From Saprospiraceae bacterium (lineage in GTDB: Bacteria; Bacteroidota; Bacteroidia; Chitinophagales; Saprospiraceae): a stretch of 64,000 nt of DNA. The position numbers were made by a program, and so were the translations under genes. This document shows, piece after piece, positions 8,846 to 19,296 of the stretch. Location of the stretch: positions 77,654 to 141,653 of the forward strand of contig JADJJU010000011.1 in assembly GCA_016706365.1 (NCBI GenBank). Reading direction: 5' to 3'. Numbering within the stretch: the stretch's first letter is position 1; each line of letters starts with the position of its first letter. The notes under the pieces are model-generated. The model was not told where the DNA came from and did not search any database. It was given only the letters and a program-made list of their open reading frames with translations.

Positions 8846-9781
8846 ATGCTTAACTTCATCCGGAGGTTCAAACTGACATACATGATTTACAACCTTTTCC
8901 AAAGGCGTAAATTGAAGCATAATGAAAAATTGTACAAATTACTGGGGCTAAAAAAGCGGTATTATTCTCCGATTTCAAGTGCCGACTTTGCTAACTGTGA
9001 CCCTTCGCGTATAAATAAAATTGTACAAACGCTTCCAGTGGAGTCGTCCTCACTCTATAAGGATCTGGATGCAGAATCACAGGAAAGCATTCGGAAATTT
9101 GATAAGGAAGGATATGCGGTAATCAAGAACTATCTTGACAAGGATACTGTATCTGCTGCAAATGCTGAAATCGCAGAATTGCTGAAAAGCGGAAAACTGA
9201 AATTCCGGTATAAGAACAAGATCATGTTTGCCATCCATCAATCAGAGCTCTTATATAAGATAGGGCAGGATGTAAGGCTGCTGGAGCTTCTGAATTCTTT
9301 GGCCGGTGATGAGATGAAGCTATTCCAAAGTATCAACTTCATCATGGGAAGCGAGCAAAAAACGCACTCTGACAGCATTCATATGACAACATATCCCTTA
9401 GGCGGACTGCTGGGAGTATGGATTGCACTCGATGATGTTGATGGGGACAATGGTCCATTACAATATTACCCTGGCAGTCATAAACTTCCATACTATCTGA
9501 ATTCGGATTATGATAATTCCGGCAATGCATTTATGATTGGGAATAAAGACTATTCGGCATATGAGGCGATGATTGCTAAAAAACTGGAGGATCAGAAAGA
9601 GAACAAAAAAATATTCACAGCAAAGAAGGGAGATTTGTTGATTTGGCATGCAAATCTGTTCCACGGAGGAGAGCCCCATACCAATAAATCAAAGACCAGA
9701 AGAAGTATGGTGTTTCATTATTATTCGGCAAACAGGATCTGTTATCATGAGATTTCGCAGAGGCCGGCGCTGATGAGTTGA
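8846..9781 (+). CDS. phytanoyl-CoA dioxygenase (PhyH) family Fe(II)/2-oxoglutarate oxygenase
   Basis: 311 aa; HSDSIHMTT ... GPLQYYPGSHKLP ... LLIWHANLFHGG pattern. Confidence 0.8.
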   Translation: MLNFIRRFKLTYMIYNLFQRRKLKHNEKLYKLLGLKKRYYSPISSADFANCDPSRINKIVQTLPVESSSLYKDLDAESQESIRKFDKEGYAVIKNYLDKDTVSAANAEIAELLKSGKLKFRYKNKIMFAIHQSELLYKIGQDVRLLELLNSLAGDEMKLFQSINFIMGSEQKTHSDSIHMTTYPLGGLLGVWIALDDVDGDNGPLQYYPGSHKLPYYLNSDYDNSGNAFMIGNKDYSAYEAMIAKKLEDQKENKKIFTAKKGDLLIWHANLFHGGEPHTNKSKTRRSMVFHYYSANRICYHEISQRPALMS

Positions 9782-9960
9782 GCAGCCGGTAAACAGCCTC
9801 GTTAAAGCGGTAAAGCGTTGAATCGGAAACAGCCGAAAAGAAGCTGCAAGCTACAAGATGCAAGCTGCAAGAAAACAGCCGGAACAGCATTGTTAAAGAT
9901 TTGAGTAGGGAGCTGCTGTAGGGGCCAATCAAGATTCGTCATATCTCTGCAGGAACAGCC
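9781..9960. repeat. AACAGCC-punctuated stuttered-word block
   Basis: AGCAGCC at 9781; AACAGCC at 9792, 9828, 9874 and 9954; AACAGCA at 9883; stutters GTTAAAGCGGTAAAGCG and AAGCTGCAAGCTACAAGATGCAAGCTGCAAG. Confidence 0.8.
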
Positions 9961-9973
9961 TGTTTAATTACTA

Positions 9974-10822
9974 CTAAAAACCAGGAATGATCAAGGGCAC
10001 TTCCTTTCTATATTTTGCAAAATCGGGATAGCGGGATAACATGTGTTTTTCTTTCATAGGAATACTGACAAAAATGAACATAATGGTTAGAGCGACAATA
10101 CCAATCAAAGTGTACCAGGCAGCTCCAAATGAAATTCCGCAAATCGCCATTCCTAGCCAGAAAAGTATTTCTCCCAGATAATTGGGATGCCTGCATTTTG
10201 CCCAGATTCCTTTATCGAGCATTTTTCCGGTTTTTAATTTCCTGAATGCTGCCAATTGGTTATCTGAAATGAATTCAAGGTAAATACCTAAAGTAGCAAC
10301 TGCGACTCCCGCGACACATAATAATTTGGATACATCGCCACCCGCAGGAATACTGAATAAAGGCCACATACATAAAAACACCATACAGGTTGGGAATAAA
10401 TGGATACCCAGGAAATTAACAATCGGGTAATACTGTCCGGTTTGTGTTGCCAGATTTCTGTAACGCCAGTCTTCATGCTGGAAACCATCCCAGGATCTTG
10501 CCCAGTTGAGCGTGAGTCTCCAGGACCAAATAAAGAGCGTCAAATAAGTCAGTCCTGACCAAAACGTTAACGTGGCCGGCTCCAAAATAATCCATCCCAC
10601 AACAAAGTAAAATGGAATCACACTCCAGTAAGCATCATAAACTGAACTGTTCCTATTCCAAAGACTGAAAATAAAAGCAACTATGGTCATTACAATGTCT
10701 GCTATGAGAAAGGATTCGAGATAAGGGCTACTTTGAAACTTTATGTAGGTAATGAATCCAGCTACCGCAATGACTATATATATGACTACAATAACCCATA
10801 AATCTTGTTGCTTTTGCTTCAT
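9974..10822 (-). CDS. DUF1295 / steroid 5-alpha-reductase-like membrane protein
   Basis: Polytopic; C-terminal RHPNYLGEILFWLG motif; start chosen at MKQKQQDLW (10822) rather than the upstream alternative at 10942. Confidence 0.7.
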   Translation of the reverse strand: MKQKQQDLWVIVVIYIVIAVAGFITYIKFQSSPYLESFLIADIVMTIVAFIFSLWNRNSSVYDAYWSVIPFYFVVGWIILEPATLTFWSGLTYLTLFIWSWRLTLNWARSWDGFQHEDWRYRNLATQTGQYYPIVNFLGIHLFPTCMVFLCMWPLFSIPAGGDVSKLLCVAGVAVATLGIYLEFISDNQLAAFRKLKTGKMLDKGIWAKCRHPNYLGEILFWLGMAICGISFGAAWYTLIGIVALTIMFIFVSIPMKEKHMLSRYPDFAKYRKEVPLIIPGF

Positions 10823-10985
10823 GCTGATTGTGTGGTTTTGAACGGGAAACATACAATTGAAAAAGCAAGATATGGAATTTTTCAAATGAGAAATGCCCTG
10901 GTTGTAATCCCTTAATCCTGAATAAAATATAGTATTCCACAATTAAAATAAATGCTGTAAATTTACTATTCGTCGCACCAACCTT

Positions 10986-12647
10986 ATGCTAACCTTAAAA
11001 GTGTATAGACACAAAAAAATGCGCAGCACAATTACATGCCTTCTTTTACTGATAATATGCACTACTCTCAGTGCAGCTTTGTATCAGGTCGGGCCAGGAA
11101 AACCTTACGCTAACCTGCAGGCAGTGACAGGTCTTTTGAATCCCGGAGATATTGTTGAAGTGGACGGGGATGAGACCTATCCCGGAGGCGTTGTATTCAA
11201 CAGGCCCGGTGCTCCCGGTAATAAAATCATTATTCGGGGTATTCGAATCAACAATCAGCGGCCTATTATAAGTGGAGCTGTTAATACTGTAACATTTGCA
11301 ACACCATTTCCATATAATAATCCGAATGGAGGGCATCATTATATTTTTGAAGGATTCGAAATCACTGCAGGAAGCTTCAGAGGGATTTTTCATCAGGCAA
11401 AAGATCTGACTATCAGAGATTGCTATGTTCATGACTGTCCCGCTCACGGAATATTGGGTGCAGATCAGGGGGCCGGATCATTGCTGCTGGAATACACAGA
11501 AGTGACAAAATGCGGATCGGGAACAAGCCAACATCAGGTATATATGGCAACAGATCAGATTAATAATCCCGGGAGTGTTTTCCGAATGCAATTTTGTTAT
11601 ATACATGAAGCAACAGGTGGAAATAATGTAAAATCCAGAGCTGAGAGAAATGAAATATACTTCAATTGGGTGGAAGGGGCTTTTTATCATGAGTTGGAGC
11701 TGATCGGTGCCGATTTTAATGCAGATGGTGGCAATCCACAACTTGCCAGAGAGGACAGCGACGTAGTGGGAAATGTGTTAATAAAAAGATCAACACTCGC
11801 AGGGAATGAAATCAATTTTTCTGTCACCCGAATTGGTGGTGACGGTACAGGTGCTAGTCATGGACGATATCGATTTGTGAATAATACTATCATCTGCGGA
11901 ACAGGAGCGGTATTTCGTATTTTCGATCAATTGCAGTCTGCAGAATTTCATAATAATGTCTTATATAATCCCTCTGGCGTTCCCAGATTTAAGCGCACAG
12001 TTGAAGCTATCTGGATAGAAGGAATGGAAATTATTGCAGGGCAAAACAATTGGCTGGAGACTGGAATACTTGAAGTTCCAGCAGGAATTAGCGGTACCAT
12101 TTTTGGCTCGGATCCAGGCTTTCAGGATCTCAACAATAATATACTTATCCCGATTGCAGGAAGCCCTTTAATCAATTCAGGCAATTTGCCTACTTCCTCT
12201 CCGGCCGGATTCCCATTTCCCAATCCCCTTCCCTCTCCTACTCATCATCCTCCTTCAGGAACCTGGATGTCACCGGAAGAAAATACACCCCGATTTATAG
12301 TAAATATCATTGATATCGGAGCCTTTGAATTTGGATCCAGTTTACCTGTTTCACTCCTGCACTTCGATGCTAAAACTCTGGATGATTCCAGAATTAAACT
12401 CGATTGGAAGATAAGTGAAGCAGATGATTTGGAATATTTTGAAGTATACAAAAGTACAGATGCAAGCAACTGGACAAAAGCTGGTATTATTCCGTCCGGG
12501 CATGAATCTGAAAATCTGGAAAGTTATACCTGGACTGATGATTCCTCTACGAATGGAATTAATTATTACAAACTAAGAATTATCAATCGGGACGGAAGCT
12601 TCAAATATTCACCACTTGCAAGTGCAAGCATTCTCAAGGAAGATTAA
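10986..12647 (+). CDS. secreted right-handed parallel beta-helix protein, truncated before its T9SS sorting domain
   Basis: Signal peptide; beta-helix-like repeats with NN/H-rich turns; Ig-like region near the C-terminus; ends at TAA 12645-12647, with the frame continuing afterwards. Confidence 0.7.
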   Translation: MLTLKVYRHKKMRSTITCLLLLIICTTLSAALYQVGPGKPYANLQAVTGLLNPGDIVEVDGDETYPGGVVFNRPGAPGNKIIIRGIRINNQRPIISGAVNTVTFATPFPYNNPNGGHHYIFEGFEITAGSFRGIFHQAKDLTIRDCYVHDCPAHGILGADQGAGSLLLEYTEVTKCGSGTSQHQVYMATDQINNPGSVFRMQFCYIHEATGGNNVKSRAERNEIYFNWVEGAFYHELELIGADFNADGGNPQLAREDSDVVGNVLIKRSTLAGNEINFSVTRIGGDGTGASHGRYRFVNNTIICGTGAVFRIFDQLQSAEFHNNVLYNPSGVPRFKRTVEAIWIEGMEIIAGQNNWLETGILEVPAGISGTIFGSDPGFQDLNNNILIPIAGSPLINSGNLPTSSPAGFPFPNPLPSPTHHPPSGTWMSPEENTPRFIVNIIDIGAFEFGSSLPVSLLHFDAKTLDDSRIKLDWKISEADDLEYFEVYKSTDASNWTKAGIIPSGHESENLESYTWTDDSSTNGINYYKLRIINRDGSFKYSPLASASILKED

Positions 12648-12860
12648 ATAAAATTCTATCCCAATCCAGCCGGTGATTTTTTGCAAATTGAGAATGCAAA
12701 ATCCGAAATTCTCATAGTAAATTCCCATGGGAAAATGATGAAGAGATTTGTTCCCGGGGATCAGGAAAAAAATAATTACACAATCGAACTCAGTGGATTA
12801 TTACCCGGAATATATTGGTTGAAAACTAAAGGACTTAGTAAATCATTTGTGAAAAAATAA
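12648..12860 (+). pseudogene. detached T9SS C-terminal sorting domain, in frame directly after the TAA at 12645
   Basis: Translates as IKFYPNPAGDFLQIENAKSEILIVNSHGKMMKRFVPGDQEKNNYTIELSGLLPGIYWLKTKGLSKSFVKK*, a typical Por_Secre_tail; no start codon of its own. Confidence 0.75.
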
Positions 12861-13039
12861 AGTCATGCAATGCAAATTTTTGTTTGCAACTTAATAATGA
12901 AATCCTGACTCCATTTACTTGTAAAAACTCTTTAACGACTTGGTAAAACTTGTTAATATTCAAGGATTTAAATATGTAGCGCATACATTTGATGAGTATC
13001 AAAATTGTAGAATTAATACTTATCTAAATCCTTTTAATT

Positions 13040-14149
13040 ATGAAACAATTCAATTCCATTAATCTTCTCTGTTTAATGTTGGTTTTTTTAACAGCATGCA
13101 ATGAAAAACCGCAGATTTTAGAGGCACAAGTTCCTCCCCCTTATTTGATAGCTAGCGTTAAAACCAACAATTCAAACAACTTTCTGAATATAATATGGCC
13201 TGATTCTACACATCAAATCAGTGAATATATTCGAGAAATATTTGAGGACAAAAAAGGCAACTTATGGTTTGGAACCAATGGAGACGGAGTTTGTAAATAT
13301 GATGGTAAATTTCTGCAGTATTTCAATGTGAACGAAGGTTTTAGCGGAGGTGCTGTCAGAGGAATCGCAGAAGATTCATCAGGAAATTTATGGTTTGCTA
13401 CCGATGGTGGAGTTTGTCGATGGGACGGAAAGGAATTCACAAAATTTACAACGGCAGACGGTTTAGCCAGCAATGATATATGGAGCCTGATGATTGATAG
13501 CGGAGGAACTGTCTGGGTTGGAACTTTGGCTGGAATTTGCAGTTTTGATGGTCAATTCTTCAGAAAATTTCCGATTCCGGCGATTGAAAAAGATAACAGT
13601 TCACGGTTTAATCCCGACCTGGCATGGTGCATTTTAGAAGATAAAAATGGTATTATTTGGTTTGGAATGGATGGCGGAGGACTCAGAAAATATGATGGCA
13701 AATCAATTACTACTTATACTGAAAAAGAGGGCTTAGCAAGCAATAATATATATTCAATTTTAGAGGATTCAAAGGGCAATTTATGGCTGGGCACAAAAGA
13801 TAAAGGTATAACAAAATATGATCGCCACCCAAATGACAGTGTCAGACATGATAAATTATTTACTACTTTCAGTACACAGGATGGACTTGCTAATAATTCA
13901 ATATGGACGATTTCAGAAGACAAAACCGGCAATATTTGGTTTGGTACCGGAGGCGGTGGAGCAAGTAAATATGATGGCAAAGCATTCACAAATTTCAAAG
14001 AACAAAGAGGGCATACAAAAAATCACATTCAAAGTATTACAGAAGACAAATACGGTAATTTGTGGTTTGGATTTTCAGGTGGATTATATCGATTTGATGG
14101 GCATGAATTTATCAATGTTCAGAAGAAAGATTTGGTAGATGGATGTTGA
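13040..14149 (+). CDS. lipoprotein with two-component-regulator propeller (Reg_prop) repeats
   Basis: 369 aa; LTAC lipobox; repeated GNLWFGTxGGGvxKYDGK units. Confidence 0.75.
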   Translation: MKQFNSINLLCLMLVFLTACNEKPQILEAQVPPPYLIASVKTNNSNNFLNIIWPDSTHQISEYIREIFEDKKGNLWFGTNGDGVCKYDGKFLQYFNVNEGFSGGAVRGIAEDSSGNLWFATDGGVCRWDGKEFTKFTTADGLASNDIWSLMIDSGGTVWVGTLAGICSFDGQFFRKFPIPAIEKDNSSRFNPDLAWCILEDKNGIIWFGMDGGGLRKYDGKSITTYTEKEGLASNNIYSILEDSKGNLWLGTKDKGITKYDRHPNDSVRHDKLFTTFSTQDGLANNSIWTISEDKTGNIWFGTGGGGASKYDGKAFTNFKEQRGHTKNHIQSITEDKYGNLWFGFSGGLYRFDGHEFINVQKKDLVDGC

Positions 14150-14378
14150 AAAACGATCCTGTGAAGGTTCTCGATTTCAAATTTAAATTAGAACGCGCGC
14201 TCTAAAAGAAAAGAGGAAATTGCAATAAAAAGCGGTTTCCCTTTTTGCAATGGAATGCAGGAGGATACTGCTTTGGGACTGAATAATTTTGGACTAAAGC
14301 TGAAATTCACATAGATTTGATACTAATTCAAAATGCAATTTTCAGTTATAATTCTGCTCGCTCAGGCAATTATTAAAT

Positions 14379-14813
14379 ATGACAAATCAAAGGCTCATTC
14401 ATCCAGATTTTCAGTTTTATTTAGATCTAAAGCAGCAGGATTTAATTGATCTTTTCAAAAGCTTGAGACAATTAATTCTTGATTTATATCCTGATAGTAA
14501 TGAGCTTCTATACCATACCCATGCCCTGACTTCGGTTTTCTCAATTTCAGAAAAGCTGTCTGATGCATTTTGCATGATTCCGATTTATACAAATCATCTG
14601 AATCTGGGATTTAATAAAGGGACACTTTTAAATGACCCTCATAAAATATTAACAGGAACTGGTAATTTAATCAGGCATGTTGATGTTAAAACTCAATCAG
14701 ACTTTCAGAAAGATTCTATTAAGGAATTAATTCTGGAAGCAATAAATTTTGCTATCTCGGACATGGATAAAGCTACCAAATCAAAAGGTATGACTATATC
14801 AAAGATCAAATAA
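14379..14813 (+). CDS. DUF1801 (YdhG-like) domain protein
   Basis: 144 aa; the size and pattern resemble the YdhG family; weak recognition. Confidence 0.45.
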   Translation: MTNQRLIHPDFQFYLDLKQQDLIDLFKSLRQLILDLYPDSNELLYHTHALTSVFSISEKLSDAFCMIPIYTNHLNLGFNKGTLLNDPHKILTGTGNLIRHVDVKTQSDFQKDSIKELILEAINFAISDMDKATKSKGMTISKIK

Positions 14814-14972
14814 TTTTGACTTCTGATCAGGATATTAAATGGAGGAAAACCGGATTTATTATTTGATTATTCTCAATTAATCATGTAATTCCGTAACATT
14901 CAATAAGATATAGTAGAGCAGCATCCAGAATGGGTGGTTAAATATTCACGTTTGCCCTGAAAATCAATTCAT

Positions 14973-16280
14973 ATGAAGGCTCTATTACTCATTTTTGCAC
15001 TTTTCGTTTCAATACATTTGTTTGCTCAGAACTACATCCCGCTCAGACTTGACAGCACTTATAGATATTCCTGGAATATAGGATTGCATCAGGAAATCAT
15101 TACGAATGAATTTCATTCGGCTTATACTTATGACGCAAATGATAGCGTAATTCAACTCAGATATCCGGAATACAGATTTAATTTTGTTTATTCTCAGGAT
15201 ACTACCTATCATGTTACCGAGAGGCCACTTCCGGGTGATCAATGGACAGAATCCAACCGGTCAATCAATACATACCAGGATGGAAAATTAATCTCAAAGA
15301 TAGATGAGTTAAATAATGGTGGCACCTGGGAAAAGTCTGCCCGATATATTCACACATATACAACTGATAATCAATTATTGGTTACTCTTCTGCAACACTG
15401 GAAAAATGGTGCATGGGTAGACTTTTATAAAAAAGAACACAGTTATGATGACAATGGAAATCTTCTTGAGGAAGCAGAATATTATGCCATTGAAAGTAGT
15501 GAATTCAAGTACAACAGAGGTAAGCAATATTCTTACGATGATTCGAATAATTTAATTGAGAGTATCAGTCTTAGTTCTGCTTTCAATGGGCCCTATATTT
15601 CGGGCAAGTATACATGGTTTTATCAGGGAAATAAGTTGGATTCACTGATAATATATGATTACGATAATAACCAATGGAAAGAATTATCACGATTCGAATA
15701 TGATTACTCAAATCCAGAAGTTGAGAGCGCTAATCATTATCATTATACAGGAGGAAACTGGAAATATATCGGCCAAAATAACACTTATAAAGGTCCCGGA
15801 ATTTACAGTGAAAAGCCGGATTCCATCCTTTCCTACCAATATATAGAAGCTGACGATATTTTAAAACCAACTCAAAGAAAATATCTGACTTACGAGGATT
15901 TGGGCAATGGTAAGATTTATTTCAAAGAAGTTGAATACACCTATTTTAATTCCTTACAGGAATGGAAGCTTTCATTGTTGAATGAAGAATGGTACACTGT
16001 CAAATCCACAGTCAGCACGGAACAAAACTTCTCGCATGAATCTGCCGTATCTTTCTTTCCCAATCCCTGTAAAAGCGGCGAAAACATCTATCTTAAAAAT
16101 GCAGAACCAATGACCGAATCTGAAGCATTGATATTTGATATGCAGGGAAAACTGGTCAGCCGTGAAAGTTTGAATAACAAATCAAGTATAAATGCTCCTT
16201 CATCAGCAGGTATTTATTCTGTTCTGATCAGATCTGTGAACGGAATTCATAGTATTTCAAAGATTGTTGTTTTGGATTGA
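14973..16280 (+). CDS. secreted hypothetical protein with YD-like repeats and T9SS C-terminal domain
   Basis: Signal peptide; YSYDDNGNLLEE / YSYDDSNNLIES repeats; CTD FFPNPCKSGENIYLKN...GIYSVLIRSVNG. Confidence 0.7.
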   Translation: MKALLLIFALFVSIHLFAQNYIPLRLDSTYRYSWNIGLHQEIITNEFHSAYTYDANDSVIQLRYPEYRFNFVYSQDTTYHVTERPLPGDQWTESNRSINTYQDGKLISKIDELNNGGTWEKSARYIHTYTTDNQLLVTLLQHWKNGAWVDFYKKEHSYDDNGNLLEEAEYYAIESSEFKYNRGKQYSYDDSNNLIESISLSSAFNGPYISGKYTWFYQGNKLDSLIIYDYDNNQWKELSRFEYDYSNPEVESANHYHYTGGNWKYIGQNNTYKGPGIYSEKPDSILSYQYIEADDILKPTQRKYLTYEDLGNGKIYFKEVEYTYFNSLQEWKLSLLNEEWYTVKSTVSTEQNFSHESAVSFFPNPCKSGENIYLKNAEPMTESEALIFDMQGKLVSRESLNNKSSINAPSSAGIYSVLIRSVNGIHSISKIVVLD

Positions 16281-16464
16281 GCTAAAATGCAAGTTGAAAG
16301 TACCAAAGCCAATTTCAATAACTTCCATCTCAATTGTCCATGATTGTTTCTGATGTTAAATTTCAAATAAGGTAAAATATTTCCAGGCAGAACACCTTAA
16401 TTGAGGAATCATTAGAATCTTAAGCTTTTAAAGCATTAACTCCTTATTCAACAATCTCCTACCC

Positions 16465-16950
16465 ATGAACAACCTGTGTATAAGTGTTCTTCTGTCTATA
16501 TTTTGCATCGCCACTAGTTATAGTCAGGAATCAAGTGGTCCTATAACTATGAAAAAAATGCTTGGCGGATATCAGTTTTATCAAGGGACAAAGAGACTGA
16601 ATATGACACAATTGAAAAGAGTTGTAGAACCCAATGCAGAAGCCTACCAACTTGCTAAATCAGCCAAATCAAATACTATTTTCTCTTCCATTATTGGAGG
16701 TGTTGGAGGATTCATGCTCGGCTGGAATATAGGAACTGCCATCGGAGGTGGAGATCCCAATTGGTGGGTTGCCGGAGCAGGTGCCGGATTGATTGTAGTA
16801 TCCATTCCAATCAGCAATAAATCAATGAGACAGGCAAAGTCAGCTGCTGAGTTGTACAATAATACCACAGGATATGGATCGCTAAAGGACCAAGGAGAGT
16901 GGCATCTGTCACTTGGTTCTCAGGGTACTGGATTGGTTTTTAAATTTTGA
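16465..16950 (+). CDS. hypothetical secreted/membrane protein with glycine-zipper segment
   Basis: 161 aa; signal peptide; Gly-rich TM-like IIGGVGGFMLGWNIGTAIGGG. Confidence 0.55.
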   Translation: MNNLCISVLLSIFCIATSYSQESSGPITMKKMLGGYQFYQGTKRLNMTQLKRVVEPNAEAYQLAKSAKSNTIFSSIIGGVGGFMLGWNIGTAIGGGDPNWWVAGAGAGLIVVSIPISNKSMRQAKSAAELYNNTTGYGSLKDQGEWHLSLGSQGTGLVFKF

Positions 16951-16991
16951 TAATATGTAAAGCATTTTATTTAACCTTCCTGTCCCTCCCC

Positions 16992-18413
16992 TCACCTCTT
17001 CAGCACCTTAAACCTCTCCACCTGAATCTGCTTGCTATCTGATACTTCCAATATATACAGTCCCGGCATCAAATGACTGATATCCAGAGATCCACCATCT
17101 GAATTGTGTAGTACAATATTGCCGCGAATATCCCTGACAATGACTACCGGAATATCCTGAGAACTGCCATTGATATGAATAATATCATCTGCTGGATTAG
17201 GATAAATGTTCCAGCCATTTTGCTTGATTGTGATAACTTTCATAGGAGAGTATTTCACCATACCATCCTGAGTGCTTAGCTTCAGCCGATAATAATTCTT
17301 ACCATTAAAAGGATTATTGTGAAAATATCTTATGGCTTGATCTGTTGAAGTCTCAGATCGAAATGAATGTATTGTTTGGAAAATCTGCTTTGAATCACTA
17401 TGCTGCAATTCGATTGAAGCCAGCGTTTCAGATGATTCCACTTTAAACTGAATCAGTACCTGTTTACCCGCCTCAGAAGCCTCAAACATTGTAAAATCGG
17501 TATTAAGAAACTGGTACACCCCTGTTGGAGGGTAAGAAGTAACCACTTCCCAAATCATATTTTGAAGATACGCAGCGAGCTGTGGGGAAGGGATAGGTGT
17601 CCCGCCGGGAGCATTGGGCAACAGATTATTTGGCAATCCAACAGGACTCAAATTATAAATACAGGCATAATGAATCATTGCAATTGCATATGCTCCCAGT
17701 TCATTAGTGTGTATATTATCAGAAAAGAAATCAGAAATATGATCCACATCCGGCACCAGATCAAGCTGAATGTCATCATACAGCCGGGCCATCATTTTAT
17801 GTCCCGGAATCAAATAAACAGGAGGGCTTCCTGGCAGAAGATTTTCGTTGGCAAATTCCTGCATATTCTCCCATTCTTCTCCCAGAACATCCAGCATGGT
17901 TCGCCATGGGCCGTCAGAATTGTCGATATTTGTCCAGGTGGTCCATAATAATGTCGGAGCTCCATCGCCTCCATTCCCATTTGCCCAGGCATTATTTGTA
18001 AAATCGGATAATTTTTGCCTTTGCTCAGCAATGGCTTCTATATACCATTGTTGTGTACTGCCCCCTTCATAATATAGGGGCACACTTTGCGTGATACTCA
18101 ATAATTCCCAGTCAGCAATATCATGCCTGGCATCGGGGGCGCCACAGCAGGGAGGATTATCCCAACGCCATGACAATGAAGATCCTGGAATGGTTGACTT
18201 CCCAATCATATCTCCGGACCATTCTCCTAAAACTTCGTTCATCAAATTTACATATTGACCCGGCCAGTGAGGATAAAACAAAGGATCTGTGAGACTGTGG
18301 CCGGAATGGATCTGAAGTACATTGAAAGGATAAGCTTCTTTAGGTGGTAATTGAGCCTGAGCGTTCAATGTTAATATCAGGAAGCTCAACATCAAAAGTC
18401 CAATTCGTGTCAT
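16992..18413 (-). CDS. secreted SGNH/GDSL-like hydrolase-fold protein with T9SS C-terminal domain
   Basis: 473 aa; signal peptide; IHSGHSLTD (block I-like) and DNIHTNELG (block V-like); CTD WNIYPNPADDIIHI...GLYILEVSD. Confidence 0.55.
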   Translation of the reverse strand: MTRIGLLMLSFLILTLNAQAQLPPKEAYPFNVLQIHSGHSLTDPLFYPHWPGQYVNLMNEVLGEWSGDMIGKSTIPGSSLSWRWDNPPCCGAPDARHDIADWELLSITQSVPLYYEGGSTQQWYIEAIAEQRQKLSDFTNNAWANGNGGDGAPTLLWTTWTNIDNSDGPWRTMLDVLGEEWENMQEFANENLLPGSPPVYLIPGHKMMARLYDDIQLDLVPDVDHISDFFSDNIHTNELGAYAIAMIHYACIYNLSPVGLPNNLLPNAPGGTPIPSPQLAAYLQNMIWEVVTSYPPTGVYQFLNTDFTMFEASEAGKQVLIQFKVESSETLASIELQHSDSKQIFQTIHSFRSETSTDQAIRYFHNNPFNGKNYYRLKLSTQDGMVKYSPMKVITIKQNGWNIYPNPADDIIHINGSSQDIPVVIVRDIRGNIVLHNSDGGSLDISHLMPGLYILEVSDSKQIQVERFKVLKR

Positions 18414-18570
18414 GAAGGGTTCTGTTTGGCATTTTTAAAGACTGATAAAAGTAAACAATTTTATTAACCGGGCAAAAGGGGATTGGGTTTGGAGAGATAA
18501 TATATGTGCGTTTGAGTGAGAGTATTTTGAGTTGTTTTTTTGACGAAATGAAGTGGCTGGCTCCTGGAGA

Positions 18571-18951
18571 GGTGATGTCCCGGCTTCGCTGCGCTATGCC
18601 GGGGTGATGTCTTTTCACAGCTTCGCTGTTAAAAGGTGATGTTTTTTTGTTTTCTGCAGCTTCGCTTAGAAAACAAAAAGGTGATGTGCAAGCGGAGCTT
18701 GCGGATGAGTAGTGTGTCTTGTGCATGAGTCTGTTTGAGAGTTGAGTCTGTGCGTGTTTTGACAAGTACCAAACTCCTCACTCGAACAAACCCACACTCA
18801 AAACAATGAACCCAACCGCGAGTCCGCGAGATCGCACATCACCTTTGTTCTATTGAGGCGTAGCCGAAAATAGAATAAAGACATCACTTCTTCGCAGCGC
18901 AGCTGTGAAGAAACATCACCTTGCAAGCCGTAGGCGCAGCAAGACATCACC
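18571..18951. repeat. head-to-head inverted pair of ACATCAC hairpin-array modules
   Basis: GGTGATGT at 18571, 18603, 18635 and 18680 (reverse orientation) faces ACATCAC(C) at 18836, 18881, 18913 and 18944; G/T-rich arm 18705-18760 opposite C/A-rich arm 18768-18815. Confidence 0.85.
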
Positions 18952-19296
18952 TCGTTTCGACCATATCACCGGAAATAGTTGCAATTATTTGAAGTCGAAG
19001 CTGTGTAAGTTTGAGTACACGCATTACTGAATGTTACTTCGAGCAAGTGGGAGAAAACAGCCAGTTTAATGGCTACACAATTTTTTAAAATCTGGTATTT
19101 GGATAAAATGCAAGTGCAAATAAATTGACAATGTTAACAGTGGAGTTTGAGATGCGTGTGCTTTTGATTGCTAATAAATTAGCAAAACCAAAGAGCCAGT
19201 GAACAAGAGTAGGTTCAATAATTCACTATATTTGACAGTAGGAAATATATTAATCAACTTATTAAATTTTCTGGTAAATACTCTTTAATAAATCCC

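Noticed and set aside
12645-12647. Alternative genetic code (TAA read as sense) to explain the in-frame stop before the T9SS domain
   Set aside because: TAA is used as the normal terminator of many well-defined genes in this window (secG, the giant operon's neighbours, the CTD segment itself), so global reassignment is not tenable. Only local readthrough, mutation or sequencing error remain as explanations.
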